DNA of 62,494 bases, counting the filler, from Choristocarpus tenellus KU-1152 (Eukaryota; Protista; Phaeophyceae): the NCBI GenBank assembly GCA_964200185.2. It is 7 parts of 7 records of this genome, joined end to end, with 100 filler letters (N's around TTAATTAATTAA, not from the genome) between each part and the next. Parts side by side here need not be neighbours in the genome. Positions count along the whole stretch, not along the records: positions 1 to 26,776 come from CAXNAD020000162.1; 6 more parts are not named here. One strand, written 5' to 3'. Shown here piece by piece: positions 1 through 13,600 of the stretch. A program made the position numbers and the translations under genes. The number at the start of each line of letters is the position of its first letter. Position 1 is the first letter of the stretch. Under the pieces are notes generated by a model. The model had not been told where the DNA came from, made no database searches, and saw only the letters and a program-made list of their open reading frames with translations.

Positions 1-729
1 GTGGGGAGGGGGAGGGCAGGGAATACCGACAGGGCAGTGGAGGGGGCAGCGGTGCTTGAGGTGGGCGTGGTGGTGGTGGTGGCACAAGGTCTGCTGGCTA
101 GTGGAGTGGTGGGGAAGTGTGGTCAGTGGGTTGTTTCGATGTGTGGAGAGGATGGGAGACTAAGGATGATAAAAATAGTCTCATTCTCAAAATGGAGCCT
201 TAGTCTGTGCAAAGCTGTTGATGACCAGCAAGGCTGCCCCTTATCCCCAACCTGGTGGAGCCCTGATCTTTGTGAGCTTGATCCTACTGCTTTTGGTTCG
301 ATTTCTGTCAAACTGCTTTGTGATGGTTGAGGTAAAGTGGATCATGTTTGAGATCTAAGTGTCAGTTTGAGTTCTCCCTCCTGAAGTACTTCAATATGTT
401 CCCTCTTTTGTCCTTGCTTGGGGTTAAGTTTTTGTTTTTACGTAAAACCCTGTTAATATAACTCTACCCACCTCACAACCATCTGGCTCATGCGCCCCAA
501 CCAATTCGTTGGTACACATCGCTGCTCTTCTTCTGATCTGAGCTGACCCTTTAACAACTGGGGTGTTGTGGACAACAGGAAAGAACTACCAATGTGGGAG
601 GTATACATGCCATGCAATTGTAGTATGTAACCTACACCCTTTGCTGCCAGAGAGCTGAAGTGGAAATGCACTAGTATCTATGCAATGACTCTTACAGTTA
701 CTGAGATTAAAGTACACTTCCTCTGTGAC

Positions 730-2940
730 CACTGCTGAGTGTCTTGGGTGCAACATTGAGCTGTTGTCCTGTGTGTGCTGGAGAGTGATGGGCGATCACC
801 AATTAGCATGGGTCTTGCCACAGAATATAAAAGCTGGGCTGTTGTACTACCTTGGTTTGATCCCGTAGGGTCATCATTAGGATGGTGATGGAAGCCGAGA
901 AGGAGTTCTGGGCTTGAGTTGATGCCTGGACTAGCTGGATATGGGAATACTTTTAACTGGATTGCATCATGTACTGAATTGCTTTAAAAGATTAGGGCAG
1001 GGTTATTTGTCATGCACAACTCTTTGAGAGTGCATGGTTTATTGCGTGCAAGCAAGACTAGGCTGGTATTTTCACGGACTTGCACCATCTTAAACTGTTG
1101 CATACTTACTATCGTGGGACTTTTTTTGCAGTACAAGAGTTTGTTATGAATAGTAGGCGTGTGGGTCATGTAGAGGTCTACTTTACTTGGATGTCGGCTG
1201 ACACCAGAGACAAGAGTGATTCCGACTTGCCCAATAGTTTTGTACTTGAGAACAGGTAAAAAGCTCCTTTCGGGGGGTCTATAGTAGATGTGCTTGTTTT
1301 TGACTTAAGATGATATTTTGTTCTCCGAGCAATATCATCCTGCTGATTGTTTCCAGTCTGTTCTTATGCTTGAGAATGTGCATTTAATTTTAAGCTTTGT
1401 GTGCTACAAGGTTTGGACTTCAGAGGATCCCACAAGCAACACGGTGCTTGGGGCCTCGCTGAGGAGATTGCCTTTTTACTACCCAGTACAGTTTGTCCTG
1501 ATGCTGCAAGAGTTGACTTGAGCTCATCGTCTTGTAGTGTGGGCGGAGGTAGGTATTTCTACAACGTTGATGATATCACCCACCTGTAGCTATTTCGAAG
1601 AAGGGTGATTTGGAGTCCCTCTCTCTCTTACTGTACTGTATGTACTTTGTTCCGTAGATTCCTTGTGACATGGGACACCCATCTGAGTTGAGAGATCCCT
1701 TTGTTTGGACTGGAAAAAGTATACTGTTGGGGAGGCCTTCGACTTACCATGGATGGCGTGATATGTTTGGGAGGTATCACAGAAAGCAATTTTATTTCGT
1801 TGGTGCCAGTGCCAGTGAGGGATTGGGCAGTACACCCATCACTTCTTTGGAAAATGGTGAACTATGGGGATGAATAATTATCAATATTTTGTGTGGGTTC
1901 ACACGGCTATCAGGATTCCAGCAAGTCTAATCTGGCAGTGTCCAGGCAATGGGAAGTGTGGGTGAACCAAAAGCTTCATGGTTTGGATTGCGTGGCATTC
2001 TTTGCTCTGTCTTTCTTCAACCTCTCCAGGGAGTGGGGGTACCATGGGTTGCTGCTGTCACGGGATGCGTACCCAAATAATGGGGTAGTATTGGTGGTCA
2101 ACTCTGTGTGTTGAGAAGCTGAGATATTTACTGGCACTTGAAAAGGCCGCCCAGTACAGGTGTCAGACCACTCTTAGTGTGTGTATCCTCTTGTTTGGTA
2201 TGCTGTTGTCAATTTGGAGGAGTTTGTGCAACGGTTGCATCTTCTATGTACATATTGGATGGCATCTCTTGCCAAAGAGATGTGGATGGAGTCCAACTAT
2301 AAACGCGGCGAATACCTCCATCCTATGTGGGGATCACTACCCCAAACCAGAGTGTCCTAGACCATCGAAACATCCTAGTTGGGGCACTTGATACTGCATG
2401 TATTGCACTCTGATGAGGCTGCAAAGGTTGATCTGTCAAGCTCAGAAGAGGTTTTTGTGTTGGTGTTGTGTATGACTGCATTTGCTAGGGATGTGCTCTT
2501 AACATCAGCGAAGAGTCTTATTCTTGTCACCAATCCTACACTGCAAGGAGAGATCTATGCCAGTCTATCCAAACAAGGTGGCCTTGACACGTTACTGTTG
2601 TGAACTTCTGGGACTGATTGCTGGCAGAGGGGAAGGTTGTTTGTACATCACCATGCTGAAGAAAGTAAATGAGTAGGATCAGAATAAGCATCACAGAAGT
2701 GGCGTGACAACAACTGGTAGCTGTGAAAGGAAGTGGTGTATTTCTACGCCAGCTCTGTTGAACATGGTAAAGAAGTAGGACTTTTTGAGCCTTACCCCAT
2801 TGTTATGTGTAGGTGGAGTGCGTCAACAGTTCCATTTGTTCCGTTGATGGGGATGATGCAAGTACTTCCTGATTTGTCTTTGAGGTTGATGAATGTGAGT
2901 GGCATCGTGATACAAATGTGTCATTTCATACAACACAATG
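730..2940 (+). mobile_element. Highly degenerate Ty3/gypsy LTR-retrotransposon pol remnant (protease-RT-RNaseH-integrase, possible chromodomain)
   Basis: Broken plus-strand frames give motifs in gypsy order: LLSVLGATLS (~735, protease LDSGAT-like); CPIVLYLRTGKK (~1228, SPIVLVxKK-like); LDFRGSHKQ...EEIAFLLPS...YFYNVDDI (1401-1589, RT LDLxSGYHQ / KTAF / YxDD); QFYFVGASASEGLGS (~1790-1830, RNase H TDAS..GLG-like); VSDH (~2160); VFEVDECEWHR (~2877, chromo-like). Many stops and frameshifts; LTRs not located. Confidence 0.6.
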
Positions 2941-3055
2941 AAGTAGAGTTCATTTTTTTATTTTCCTACTAGTAAAATCAACGAAAAACATTAAAATTTC
3001 TCCATCCCGAAAGACAATTCAAACAGATCACAATATTAGCAGTTCGTATCTAGTT

Positions 3056-4633
3056 CTAGAAATCACTATACTCATCAGAAGAGTCATCTATCACGTCAAG
3101 ATCGTACAAGTCTTCCTCTTCGACATCTTTCTCATGGGATTTGCTGCTCATCATGGATGAATCAACCATCATGGTGTTGTCCTCTCCCCTCTGAGTAGCC
3201 AGATCTTTGTTCTCCAGTTGGTTGTGATTTTCATTTTCCCAATTTTCATCCCTTGTTTTGCTCTTCTGGTCATTCAACTTCACACTACCCCCTTCTACAC
3301 ACCTTGTTTTCACACCAGATCCTTCACCAGGTTCGACTAATGCTGGTGCTGAAGTTTCTTCAGCATGATCTAAACGTACATGTACCCCTGCCGCCTCTCC
3401 CATTTCTTCAACCCCTTTTGCTGGAAGATCCCAAGTTGATCCCTGTCCTGAGTCTGCATCTACTCCTTCCGATACTTCTCTGCTCCCATCCTTTCCTTTA
3501 TCCTCTCTGAGGCCATTGCTTCCACTCCGACCCTCCTCTTGAGAATCACTCCAGAATGCCTCATCTTCCAGAGATGAGGTGTCAGTGAGATTGCTATCCT
3601 CATCAGATCCAGAATTTGACTTGACCTTTGTGTTGACGGGATTAGTGATGACTTCTTTGATCTCCCCCGGATTCATGATATCTTCTTGCACTGAATCTAC
3701 CAGTAGGTTGGTGGCTCCCTGCTCATCCTTATTGCATCCATCAACTTGCTGGTTCAATGCCAACTCTCCAGTCCAAGGGCCTGTGCCTAGGTCATGATTG
3801 ACTTTAGGTAGGTCACCTTTTCCGACCCCTTCCAAATCCCACTTGTCACTTTGTAAAGTGGTACCGATGGTCTCTGTAGCTTGTCCAACTGCCAATGCTC
3901 TATCCGCTTGTTCTTCATGAATTCTTACCCCCTCAATGGACTTTCCAGGTCCTGGCATGGGCTGTTCCACTGCTTGAACGTTCCTGTTGCCAAGAAATTC
4001 CGGAGGATGTGTTGCCTTGCCTTCAGGGGTCGAGGTATGAGCAGAAGCCTGCTCCCTACCCTCAGGCTGGGGATTGTCGACTGTGGCAGAAAAGATACTT
4101 GCCCCACCTCCTTTGGATATTCCCATCTTCATTCTGCTCATGGACCTTGTAGCCAACCTCATGGACTCCTCCTCTTCGCCATCACTCTCTTCTCCAACAT
4201 ATCCTTTCCAATGTTGAGTCTGCTCCACCTCTTCCCCATATTGATCCTCTTCTGCCTTATCCGTTCCAAGGCTGTTTTCGGCTAATATGCAGCCTTGGGA
4301 AGCCTGAGATGTCATAGTGGGATTATTGGTAGTTGCAGCTCCAACAAATGCTCCATCTGTCGGTTCTGCTACCTGTATTATGTTTTGTTCTTCGCCTATC
4401 ATGGACTCCGACACCCACAGGTCGCCCACACCCATGTCTTCGAGAGCCTCGGAACGTATTTCCTCACTTGGCCAAAGCACCCCACTTTCCTCATAGGAAC
4501 AATCAGCAAGATCATATCCTGCTTCCAATATGGTGGGTACCTCAGCACTATTCTTGGTCTCAGGAATGGTGTTGGCAGTCACAGGAGGGTTGAGGAACTC
4601 CGCACTGGCTGGTGCCTCCTGCTTTTCTACGCA
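3056..4633 (-). CDS. Terminal exon of giant gene; acidic D/E/S/G-rich low-complexity segment
   Basis: ORF 3056..4582 extends in frame to acceptor ctctccatacatag|TGC GTA at 4633, ends ...DDSSDEYSDF*. Phase 0 matches the donor at 6669. Confidence 0.75.
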   Translation of the reverse strand, partial: CVEKQEAPASAEFLNPPVTANTIPETKNSAEVPTILEAGYDLADCSYEESGVLWPSEEIRSEALEDMGVGDLWVSESMIGEEQNIIQVAEPTDGAFVGAATTNNPTMTSQASQGCILAENSLGTDKAEEDQYGEEVEQTQHWKGYVGEESDGEEEESMRLATRSMSRMKMGISKGGGASIFSATVDNPQPEGREQASAHTSTPEGKATHPPEFLGNRNVQAVEQPMPGPGKSIEGVRIHEEQADRALAVGQATETIGTTLQSDKWDLEGVGKGDLPKVNHDLGTGPWTGELALNQQVDGCNKDEQGATNLLVDSVQEDIMNPGEIKEVITNPVNTKVKSNSGSDEDSNLTDTSSLEDEAFWSDSQEEGRSGSNGLREDKGKDGSREVSEGVDADSGQGSTWDLPAKGVEEMGEAAGVHVRLDHAEETSAPALVEPGEGSGVKTRCVEGGSVKLNDQKSKTRDENWENENHNQLENKDLATQRGEDNTMMVDSSMMSSKSHEKDVEEEDLYDLDVIDDSSDEYSDF

Positions 4634-7600
4634 CTATGTATGGAGAGAGGGAAAACGAAGCATTGGGAAAGCATTGATGCTCCACAAAGTATTGAACGAC
4701 TAGAGCCTAAGGACTTATCGTGTTGACTGTGTCCCCATTCGGTGATTGACCTATGGTCATATGTATTGGTGCATGGCTATCCAATCACATGTAGCACCAG
4801 CACATTGAACTGGGACACGATACGACCCTAAGTTGGAGGGTCGTCAGGGAGCATTGGATTGGCTCAATATATTTCCCAATATTATTTTGCGGAGTAGTTG
4901 CGAGTTCTTTGTAAGCATCAGCATTTTATGAACAAATCAGTGTAAATATGGAGTATGAATCTGGAGTACTTGGTAGAACACAATGTGCTACGACCAATAC
5001 GATGTAGTATATAAAAAAAAGGGGTTGGTTTCTGTCAACCAGTTGATGGACTTGTTTTGAGAGGAATGAATTGCTACTCTCTGGAAAGTGTGGAGGGTAT
5101 CTTGATGTGTCAATAAATTGCGATATCGGTGGGTTTCATGTATGTATATACATGTATGTATCCATGTGTTTCAGGGTACTGGTGTACAACATGTCTAAAA
5201 CTGAAACAGAAGAATAAAAATGGTGCCTAGAGAGGTGTGGGCACTATATTTCTTTTGGATTACAAAACATCACAGACGTAAAACCCTCTTCTTCCATACT
5301 ACGCCTTCAATCCTCCAGTATTAACAGCCGATTTCAAAAATTGAGGATGGAGCTTTTTATTGAGGATAGGCTTGACCCAAAATTGACTGGGATAAAGTGT
5401 CGATATGTCTTTTTTTGCATTGTCATTTAAAAAAAAAATCATATCAACACTTTATCCCAGTCAATTTTGGGTCAAGCCCATCCTCAATGAAAAGCTCCAT
5501 CCTCAATTTTTGGAATTGGCTGTTTATTGCACCTATTTCAAACCATCAACAATTGTTAGACTAGTCTTCCCGTGTTATGGAAGGAATATGTATGGAGTGA
5601 GGGAGTGAGGTAAGTTGAAGTTCATTGATTGGTCGTGCAGTTTGAAATCAGATAGCTACAGTAGAATCCTAGGTTATGCTCTGATTTAACTCCGTGCTGC
5701 TATCCCAGCAACATATTGGTTCAACTTGCCTTGAGTTGGAGAAAACAGAAGATGTTTCTCCAGTACATCAGTTTCAAAAGTACAGAAACGAATTTTGGTC
5801 TTGTTGCAATTGAGAATTGCGGGGTCAAACCCATTGAACCCAACATTTCGAGGTATTTTCTTCACTCCATATGCCGAGTGATATTGTGCAGTGTGTTACA
5901 TAGAACGTCATCGTATCTCAGTCACAGTCTACTGGCTTGTGTCAAAAGCTTGTGCACGATCAAACTGGATAAATGATCTTTTCAAAGAGGTCTGTCTCGT
6001 TTCACTGGACAATGTGGCAAGGGCGATGGAAATGTATTTGCATAACAACTCACCAGTCCATCAAGAAACCGATAAAAATAATATGGAAAGCCTGAGTTGT
6101 TGTGGCAAGGCTTCATTACGACCAGGCAAGTACTGCACAAGACTTGACCGAGTAGGCGGAGTGATTAGCGGTGGGATGACTGAACCCAACACTCGAGAAA
6201 TCTCAAGGTGTGTTTGATGCAGTCAACTACAATAGTCATAGTGCAACCAACCATTAGTTCATATGGAATGAAAAAATGTTAGTGTGTAGTGTCCCTGTGT
6301 CCAAGGGTCGGTGCTAGGTAGGGTCGAATTAGTGGTTCGTAGTCCCAGACTAAACTGAAGAGCAATGTTACATGGTTGTAAAGACAAGAATTGTAATACA
6401 CGGGCCTCTCATCTGCTTGATCCAATGTGTAAAAGTATTTTTAGAGGGTACGAATTTTCCTAGTGTTTTTTAATGACATTTTTCCTACTACGAAGTGTTT
6501 CGGAGTAGTTAAAATGTATACGATCTGAAAAGGTGTGTTCGGAACAAGGATATTGACACTTCCTAACAAACACAATAGCCAAAGTTACATCAAAATCGCA
6601 ACATTGGATGTTGGGCACCAAACGGACGCTGCTCTACCATCTAAGATCCTTTGACCCAATAGCCTCACCGAATCAGAGGCTGAGACGGCACCATCCATGA
6701 GTCCTTCCCAGGGTGACCCCTGAGGTGACACCTTTTGAGACTCAGATGTCCTCGTTGAAGATTGCATTCTCACAAGAGGAGAATGGGGGGACGACCTGGC
6801 CAGGGTAGCTGATGGGGTTGGGTTAGGATTGTTGAATGAGTTGATAAGCTCATCAAACTGAGATCTCAGATCTTGGAGGTTGAGAGTGGTGTCGATAACC
6901 TCAAGTTTGGGCTTGTAATTTGACTCCTGTTCTTTCTCTCCCTCCTCCACAAGCTTCTCATTCAGAGATACAGTGGTGGTATCGTCCATCTCTTCAATTT
7001 TTCCTGTCGAAGGGGTGTATTTGTGATCTCCTATGCCCATTTTTCCCATTGCGTTCCCTCTCTCAGTGGTGGGATCACCCTCTCCTCCTTTTCTGTCACC
7101 GAGACTTGTTGTCCAATCCTCTGATGTAGCCTGCTCTCTTCCTTCCTCAACTGTAGTCATAGACGTGATCATTATGTCCTTTGCAGCCCCAATACCTAAT
7201 ACTGCCCCCTTGTCAAGCTCCTCCTGAGTTCTGTTGTCTTGTAGATCGTTTGTGGAACCTGTCTCCAGATATGTCATCTGCCCAGAGATATCTCCCCACT
7301 CTACATTCTCCGCTTCCTGTTCGAAACTGGTGTCAGCCTCATCTCTGCCTAAATATGAATCCTCTAGGGTAGAAGTATTTGGCATATTTGAGTAGGAACA
7401 TGCACCCTCACTTCCTGCTTCACTTCCAGACGCCCTCGTGGCTTGTGCATTAGTCTCAGGTTTGTCCAAGGTACTAGGATTTCTATTCTCATCATTGGGT
7501 TGACAAATTGAGGGGGTAGCAGCGACATCACCTTGACTGTTTGCTGCTACTATTCTGTCAATCATTTGGGTAGAAGGAGAGTCCTTGCTATACTGGCTGA

Positions 7601-10600
7601 GGGCTGATGATAGTACGAGAGCTGATGATAATATTTCTTTGGTGCTGGTGCCACAACTTCCTGACAGGTTAAGCTTTTCTTTCATTTCCTCACCCAGCTC
7701 ATCATCGGCTTCCAATGAAGTTGCCTTGTGAGTGCAAGCAGGATCCCCGGGCGCGACATCAGATTCAGAGGATTCTGATGATGATAGAGCATCTATGTCA
7801 GGGTCAAACTCCTCATCATACATATTGTTGCTTTTGCAATCAACAGGCCTGTCTAGTATCACCTGTGCAACTCCTCCTTCACCCTCTTTTTCATATTCCT
7901 TCCTGTCATTAGTGACCTCCACATTGTTTTCCGGTCTGCTGCTCTCTTCCCAATGCTCATCATAATAATATTCCCCATAAGACTCTTCTTCTACTAAACC
8001 TTGAACTTCCTCACTTCCATATGCTGTTTCGTTCTTCTCCTCTTCCTCTGCACCCAACCATGTTGTATATTCTTGATCTTCTGCCTCAGCCTCTTCCTCC
8101 ACTGGATCATGTACCTTCTCGTGTGAATCCTCCCTGAGCTCATCAAGTGCTATTGGCACTTCGCCGCGATACTCTTCATGCTCTTTCTTAAATATAGTAT
8201 CCACATTCCCATTTCCCCCTGCTGACTCCTGCATAACCTCTCTCTCCAGTCTGCCCATTTTAGACATCAACTCACTGCTGAGGACCTCATCCTCAGGAGC
8301 GCAATACCATTCCGAATCTACTGTTTGGACTTTGTCCATGCTCTTTGTTGGGACTGTGCCCAAGTTTGTCTCTGTGGTAAACTCTAATGAATCCTTCTTG
8401 TGGTCTTCCTTCTCCTCCAACTCTTCTTGTGCCCCATTTGGTCCCGTTGCCACTTTTGTTAGAAGAGGATCAAATTTTGGATCAACAGGTTGAACGTCGC
8501 ATTCGTTTTTTTCTATTCCCTGCTCATTTGAATTTTCCTCCTGGGTCATGTCTACTCCCTGCTCATCGCCCCCTTGTGAGCCAGCGCTGCCTGTGGATGT
8601 TAAATCGTCTCTCTGCCACAAATATGCACTTCCTGTTTCCTCATTATCTGTCAGGAGTACTGCACCGACCCCATATTCCTCTGACTGAGCCAGGCTAATG
8701 CGTGGGCTTTTCAATGGTGAATGGTGGTCCTCACAAACACTATCCTGCTCTCCATCTTCCACAGCCTTGGTCCAGTTGTACTCAAGAACATCATCTGTTG
8801 TGTCTGCCGGTTTGTCGCTCTCTCTATGCTCTTCTGAGAACACTGATACCTCCTTCTCGTTGTTTATTGTGGTGTCTCCAACTTCAGTGTTTGAAAACAG
8901 ACCATTGCTATCACTCATTTCCCTCTCCTCCTCGTTGCTAGTCCCATTCCTGCTCTCTTCATCTATGTCCAGAACAGAGTGCATTGCTGCGGTGTGTTCT
9001 CCTTGCTCCAAATCCGTTCCTCCCTCCTCATACATATTCTTGACCTGGGAATTCCTAGGCCCCTGCTTTATTATTTCAATACTGCTGTCACCACTGCAAG
9101 AAAATGAGTCGAGATCTACAACTTCACCTTCCTCAGCTTCACATTGGACTTTTTTCTCTGTTATCGCAGTAGGACAAGTAAGAAGGGGGCCCTCTATGTT
9201 TGTTGCTTTCGCGGCATGAAGATTACTGACCGCTGTCTCAAGGAGGGACACAGGGATATCTAGCATTGCCAACCGGTTGCTCTTCATCGATTGGATATCA
9301 GCTAGTGCTTTCTCCATCACCGACTCAAGTGGAACTTCTCCCTCCTCACAGGGTTGGGCGCTGCAAATTGTTTTAGAGTTTAGAGATCAGAGGAACCGAA
9401 TCAGACGTGATGCGATGAAGGAAGGGTAAGGGCTTAGGGGGAGGGTATGGTGATCTTTATGGAGGAGACGTTTATTGGCATCAGCGTTTCCTCATTTTCT
9501 TCCTCCTGTTATCAAGGGCAGATCGAGGGTTTCTTGGCAAGGGATACGGCCCTGGTACAACTCATCCAGCATCAACATGTACACATATTATTTTGTTGAA
9601 GTGGGCTTCATTTGTTCTTACAGACAAACGGAAGTTACTCATGTGTACCACACACAGGTCCCAGGAATAAAATGTCCTTGCTTCTGGTGTGTAGTAGTTT
9701 TGGGTATTACATTGCACACTAATATTGAGATCAACATACTACATAAAAGGGAATCCTATAGTCAACCTGCTACTGGAGGAAGTCAAAGCAATTCACGTCT
9801 GTGATATAATATACGGAGTAATCCGGAGTACAACAAAGGTTTGCTCAAAAAGTCCACACTACCAATAGCCCAGTTAAGCAACATGGGATAGAGGACTTTG
9901 CAGGGTGAAGGTAAACTATTGACTAATTGCGATACAGGCAATTCTCAGAAAATAGGTAGAGATGTTGTATCTGCCCTCAATATTTAACGATTATGGTGAT
10001 AACGATATTCATTTTGATAAATTGATTCCGACATATGTGTTTTATCAGCAACTACTTTGATTGGTTGAAGTATAAAAGTTCTATCTCATAGTTGAAAGGA
10101 TATGGATGAGCCAAGTGAGTGAAAGTATCTTAGAGGGTACGATTTTTGCCCTGTTTGCCCATTTGGGACTTGACTTCCCACGGGTTTTTTTTATGACACT
10201 TTCCTACTCTGAAACTGTTTCGGTTAGGTAAAGTGTATACGTTATGTGTGTCCGGAACATGGATATTGACACTTCCTAACAAACACGATAGCCATAATTA
10301 CATCGAAATCGCAATATTGGATTTTGGACCCCAAATGGACACGGCTCTACCCTCCAAGGCACTTTGGCTCAAGTATCTTCTCCTCAAGTCACTGAGTCAA
10401 AGTAAGTGTGAGGTACCCAGGTTTTCACAGTTTTGCATTTTAAGTTAGCTATTAAATCTTATGCAATTCACCCATAATTCTATGGATGAAGTGCTGAGTT
10501 TGACTTCAATTTCTCTCTATTATTGTTTTAGACTTTTTGACGGAATTCAGAAAATATCCTACATGCTTTTGAATAAAAAGCCAAACTTCGAATATATTTG

Positions 10601-13600
10601 TCTGCATCTTTAAAAGGCAACTCTGGTTACCTCTCGCTTACTTTGACTCACTGCAGGTAAAATCGAATTTGGATTGTCATGACAGACTGTACACTCCCTA
10701 CAGATATCTTCAAAGGTGCCTTGGCAATGCTATCTGTTTTAGGATGTCCCTGAAACCACTCCAATAATGCTTGCATTGGCATTTGCGATGACATCCTCTC
10801 CATTCTCGCATCAGGAAATTGTTAGGGCGAGCGAGTCACCATCAGGGCAAGCCTCAGGTCTGTCCTTAACAATGTTGGGGCACTATGTCGAGGATAGGAA
10901 TTAGGTTATGATTTGATGAGATGAGAGCAGTATGGTACCAGACAGCAGAGGTTTGATGGATCAATAATGTGTACATTGATGCGTGTGTTGTGTTGGGAAG
11001 TGGCTTTAAATGAAGATGGGGTTGAAGTGTGTCATACTCATGACACTAAGAAACTGGTCAAGGTCTCACTTTGTCAAGAACCCGCCCATGCTTTCGGGGA
11101 AGATGCGAAGATGTGAGATCCAAACTCTATCTGATCATACGATATTTTAGTTCTAAGTACAATTCAACAGTAGTAGAACTCACCGTGCCAACATCTGTCC
11201 CCACACTCGGCAGATCTTGTGCAATGCATGAATATGTTGAAGCTTATTCCTTATCACAAGAACTGCTTCATTTAGAACTGTAGACATTGTGGAGGCAGCC
11301 ATCTCAAACATTGGTTGGGCGCTCCCAAGAGCCTTGAGAGCCTATGTGTGAAAGAGAAGGTGAGCTAAGTCATGCTGTAGTAGTTAAAGAGGGGGACGAT
11401 ATGTAGAAAAGAACATCTGATTCGATTGTTGGTTTGAACTTAGAACATTGTAAGCAACCTTAATCTAGGCTACTGTCTAGGCAATGGGACAGGAAGCAAC
11501 ATGGGAAGGACTAGACATGAGACCCTCTGTCTCATGGTAGTTCCACCAATTAGAGATGCTAGAAGAATTCATATCAAGAAAAAGTATACATTTCTTCTTG
11601 AATTTCAGTATTCTACAAAACTGCTGGGAAAAAATAAAAAGTATCCATTCTCCTGCAAAAGGCTTGTCTGAAGGGTTTCATTGCACAGATGAAACAAAGG
11701 AAACAGTGTCCCTGATAGGGGCTGGGGGACGCACAGAAATTGGATCATTTGCTGTAACGAATTGCACAATGTCTGGTGTGAGCTGGACCTCTCGTTCCAC
11801 GCAGAAAGCAATGGCCTGGGTGTCTGTTATCTGCTTGAAAGCGTCGCCCTGCAAAGGAAGGCAAACAAATATTTCAGTCCGGCTGGAACAAGGAGAAATA
11901 TTTTGCTGTTGATACTACATGTCACATTTGTTCAAAGGCCAGAGTATGTCTTGATGAACAATGTGATGAATTGCAAGTGGGAAAGGGGGATTGATAGATG
12001 CATTTGAACTTTAAATTCTGGTGTGTTAGAGTGCAGGCAAGAATATATCAACACAGCAGAAGTGTTGTGAGTGTTGGTGATTGAAATTCTGAATGCATGC
12101 ATGAAGTTGAGATTCCATACCATGCTGTGACCATGAGGAACAAGCTACTATTGAACTTGTTTCAGTTAACAGTTTAGGCTCAAGGTCAAGAGTATGGATA
12201 GGACTTAATGCAGATTCATTCATGGATATCTCCTTACAACTTTTCCTCGTCCCCTCCTAGGGCCTGTTGTTGTGAACCTTCAGAAATACAGTGAGTAGGT
12301 CAAAATCCAGGAAATGGAATGTTGCGAGTTTCAACCTGCTTTGGAATTGGATAGGTGCTGGGGTGACTTCTTGAAGGAGATCTAAACTATGCATGCCAAT
12401 TTACAAGTGCAAACTTATTTCGTCATGGAAGCTAAGACTTTATTGAGCAAAAGACCCATGCTGCAGCAAACGAGCAAAACCGACTGTGTCAGGGATATTG
12501 GGATTCTCCTTATGGGAAACGAAATTCAATGGAAAAGAGGAAAGTAACTTGTGTCCTGCAGTTAGTTGCCTGGAAGGGATAGGGCTCCTGAATTAGTACA
12601 GTGCCACAAAAGTCTTTAGCAAGTACTCCTCAAAAGGTTTTGACTGTGTTTACCAGATTTCGGTATATCACATCAATATGTGTTATTTGCCTGGCACCAC
12701 CATGGCTATTCATGGATGTTGGTTTTTTCCATTTCGTAGAAGTGTAACACCCAACACGATACTGAATTGCTTCCAACCCCACTAACTCAGAAGATCTTGA
12801 CTTTTTTTTTTTTTAAATACCAAAATGTATTAACCTTCGTTTTTATATTGTGTTAACCTACCTGTTCCAAAAAATCGTATAATGGCTCAAATATACTATC
12901 ATAGGAATTTTGAGTTTGACAGAATATTCAAACAATTTGCTAACACCCCTGCCGAGACATTGGAAGACGAAACGTGTGCAATGCCCTCGGACAAACCTTA
13001 CCTCTGTTGAGACTCTTTGTTGTAGAATGGAACTCCCAATTCCAGACCCAAATTAAGTACCCCGATTTCCTGTGTTTTGTATTCCACACCTTGCGGTAGC
13101 TGGAGAGTCCTGCCTTCAGAGCCTCCAAAGCAAGCCCCAGCTCCTGCTTGTTCAGTAGCCCAGGTACAGCCTTACATTCTTCATCCCCTTGCTGCCTGCT
13201 CTCGAACACCTCGATATCCTTGGTCACTGAAGCCAATCCGCTCCTGGCATTCTCAACTCTGGCATTGCCCGCACCAGGAGACGCCAACTTCAATTCAGAT
13301 TCTTCGGCCCACCTATAGCAGGCAATTGCTTCCAACAATAAACCCCTGGCCTTCACTGGATTTTTTTCCTTCTGGATAGCTACAGTGGCCTCACCCTTGA
13401 GAATTTCCCCATCTGCAATTGCTTGTTTCATCACAACATCCACTGGGTTGGTCCTCATACTTGAGTTAGTCGATCCGAACATGTTCTTCACACCCCCATT
13501 ACTTGGGTTGCCTTGCTGCTTCCTGTCAGTCATCAATTTGCCACTTGTTGCCTTCCCTGCACCTATCCCAGTATTCAAACCTCCTTTCATTGCCGAATAC

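Noticed and set aside
3056-9320. The two acidic ORFs as independent intronless (viral or retroelement accessory) genes
   Set aside because: Both are called from non-ATG codons, extend upstream to good AG acceptors, and are phase-compatible with flanking exons.
10740-10860. Possible extra exon of the giant gene with in-frame TGA (selenocysteine/readthrough)
   Set aside because: Stops in all frames, no SECIS recognised, and flanking exons join in phase without it.
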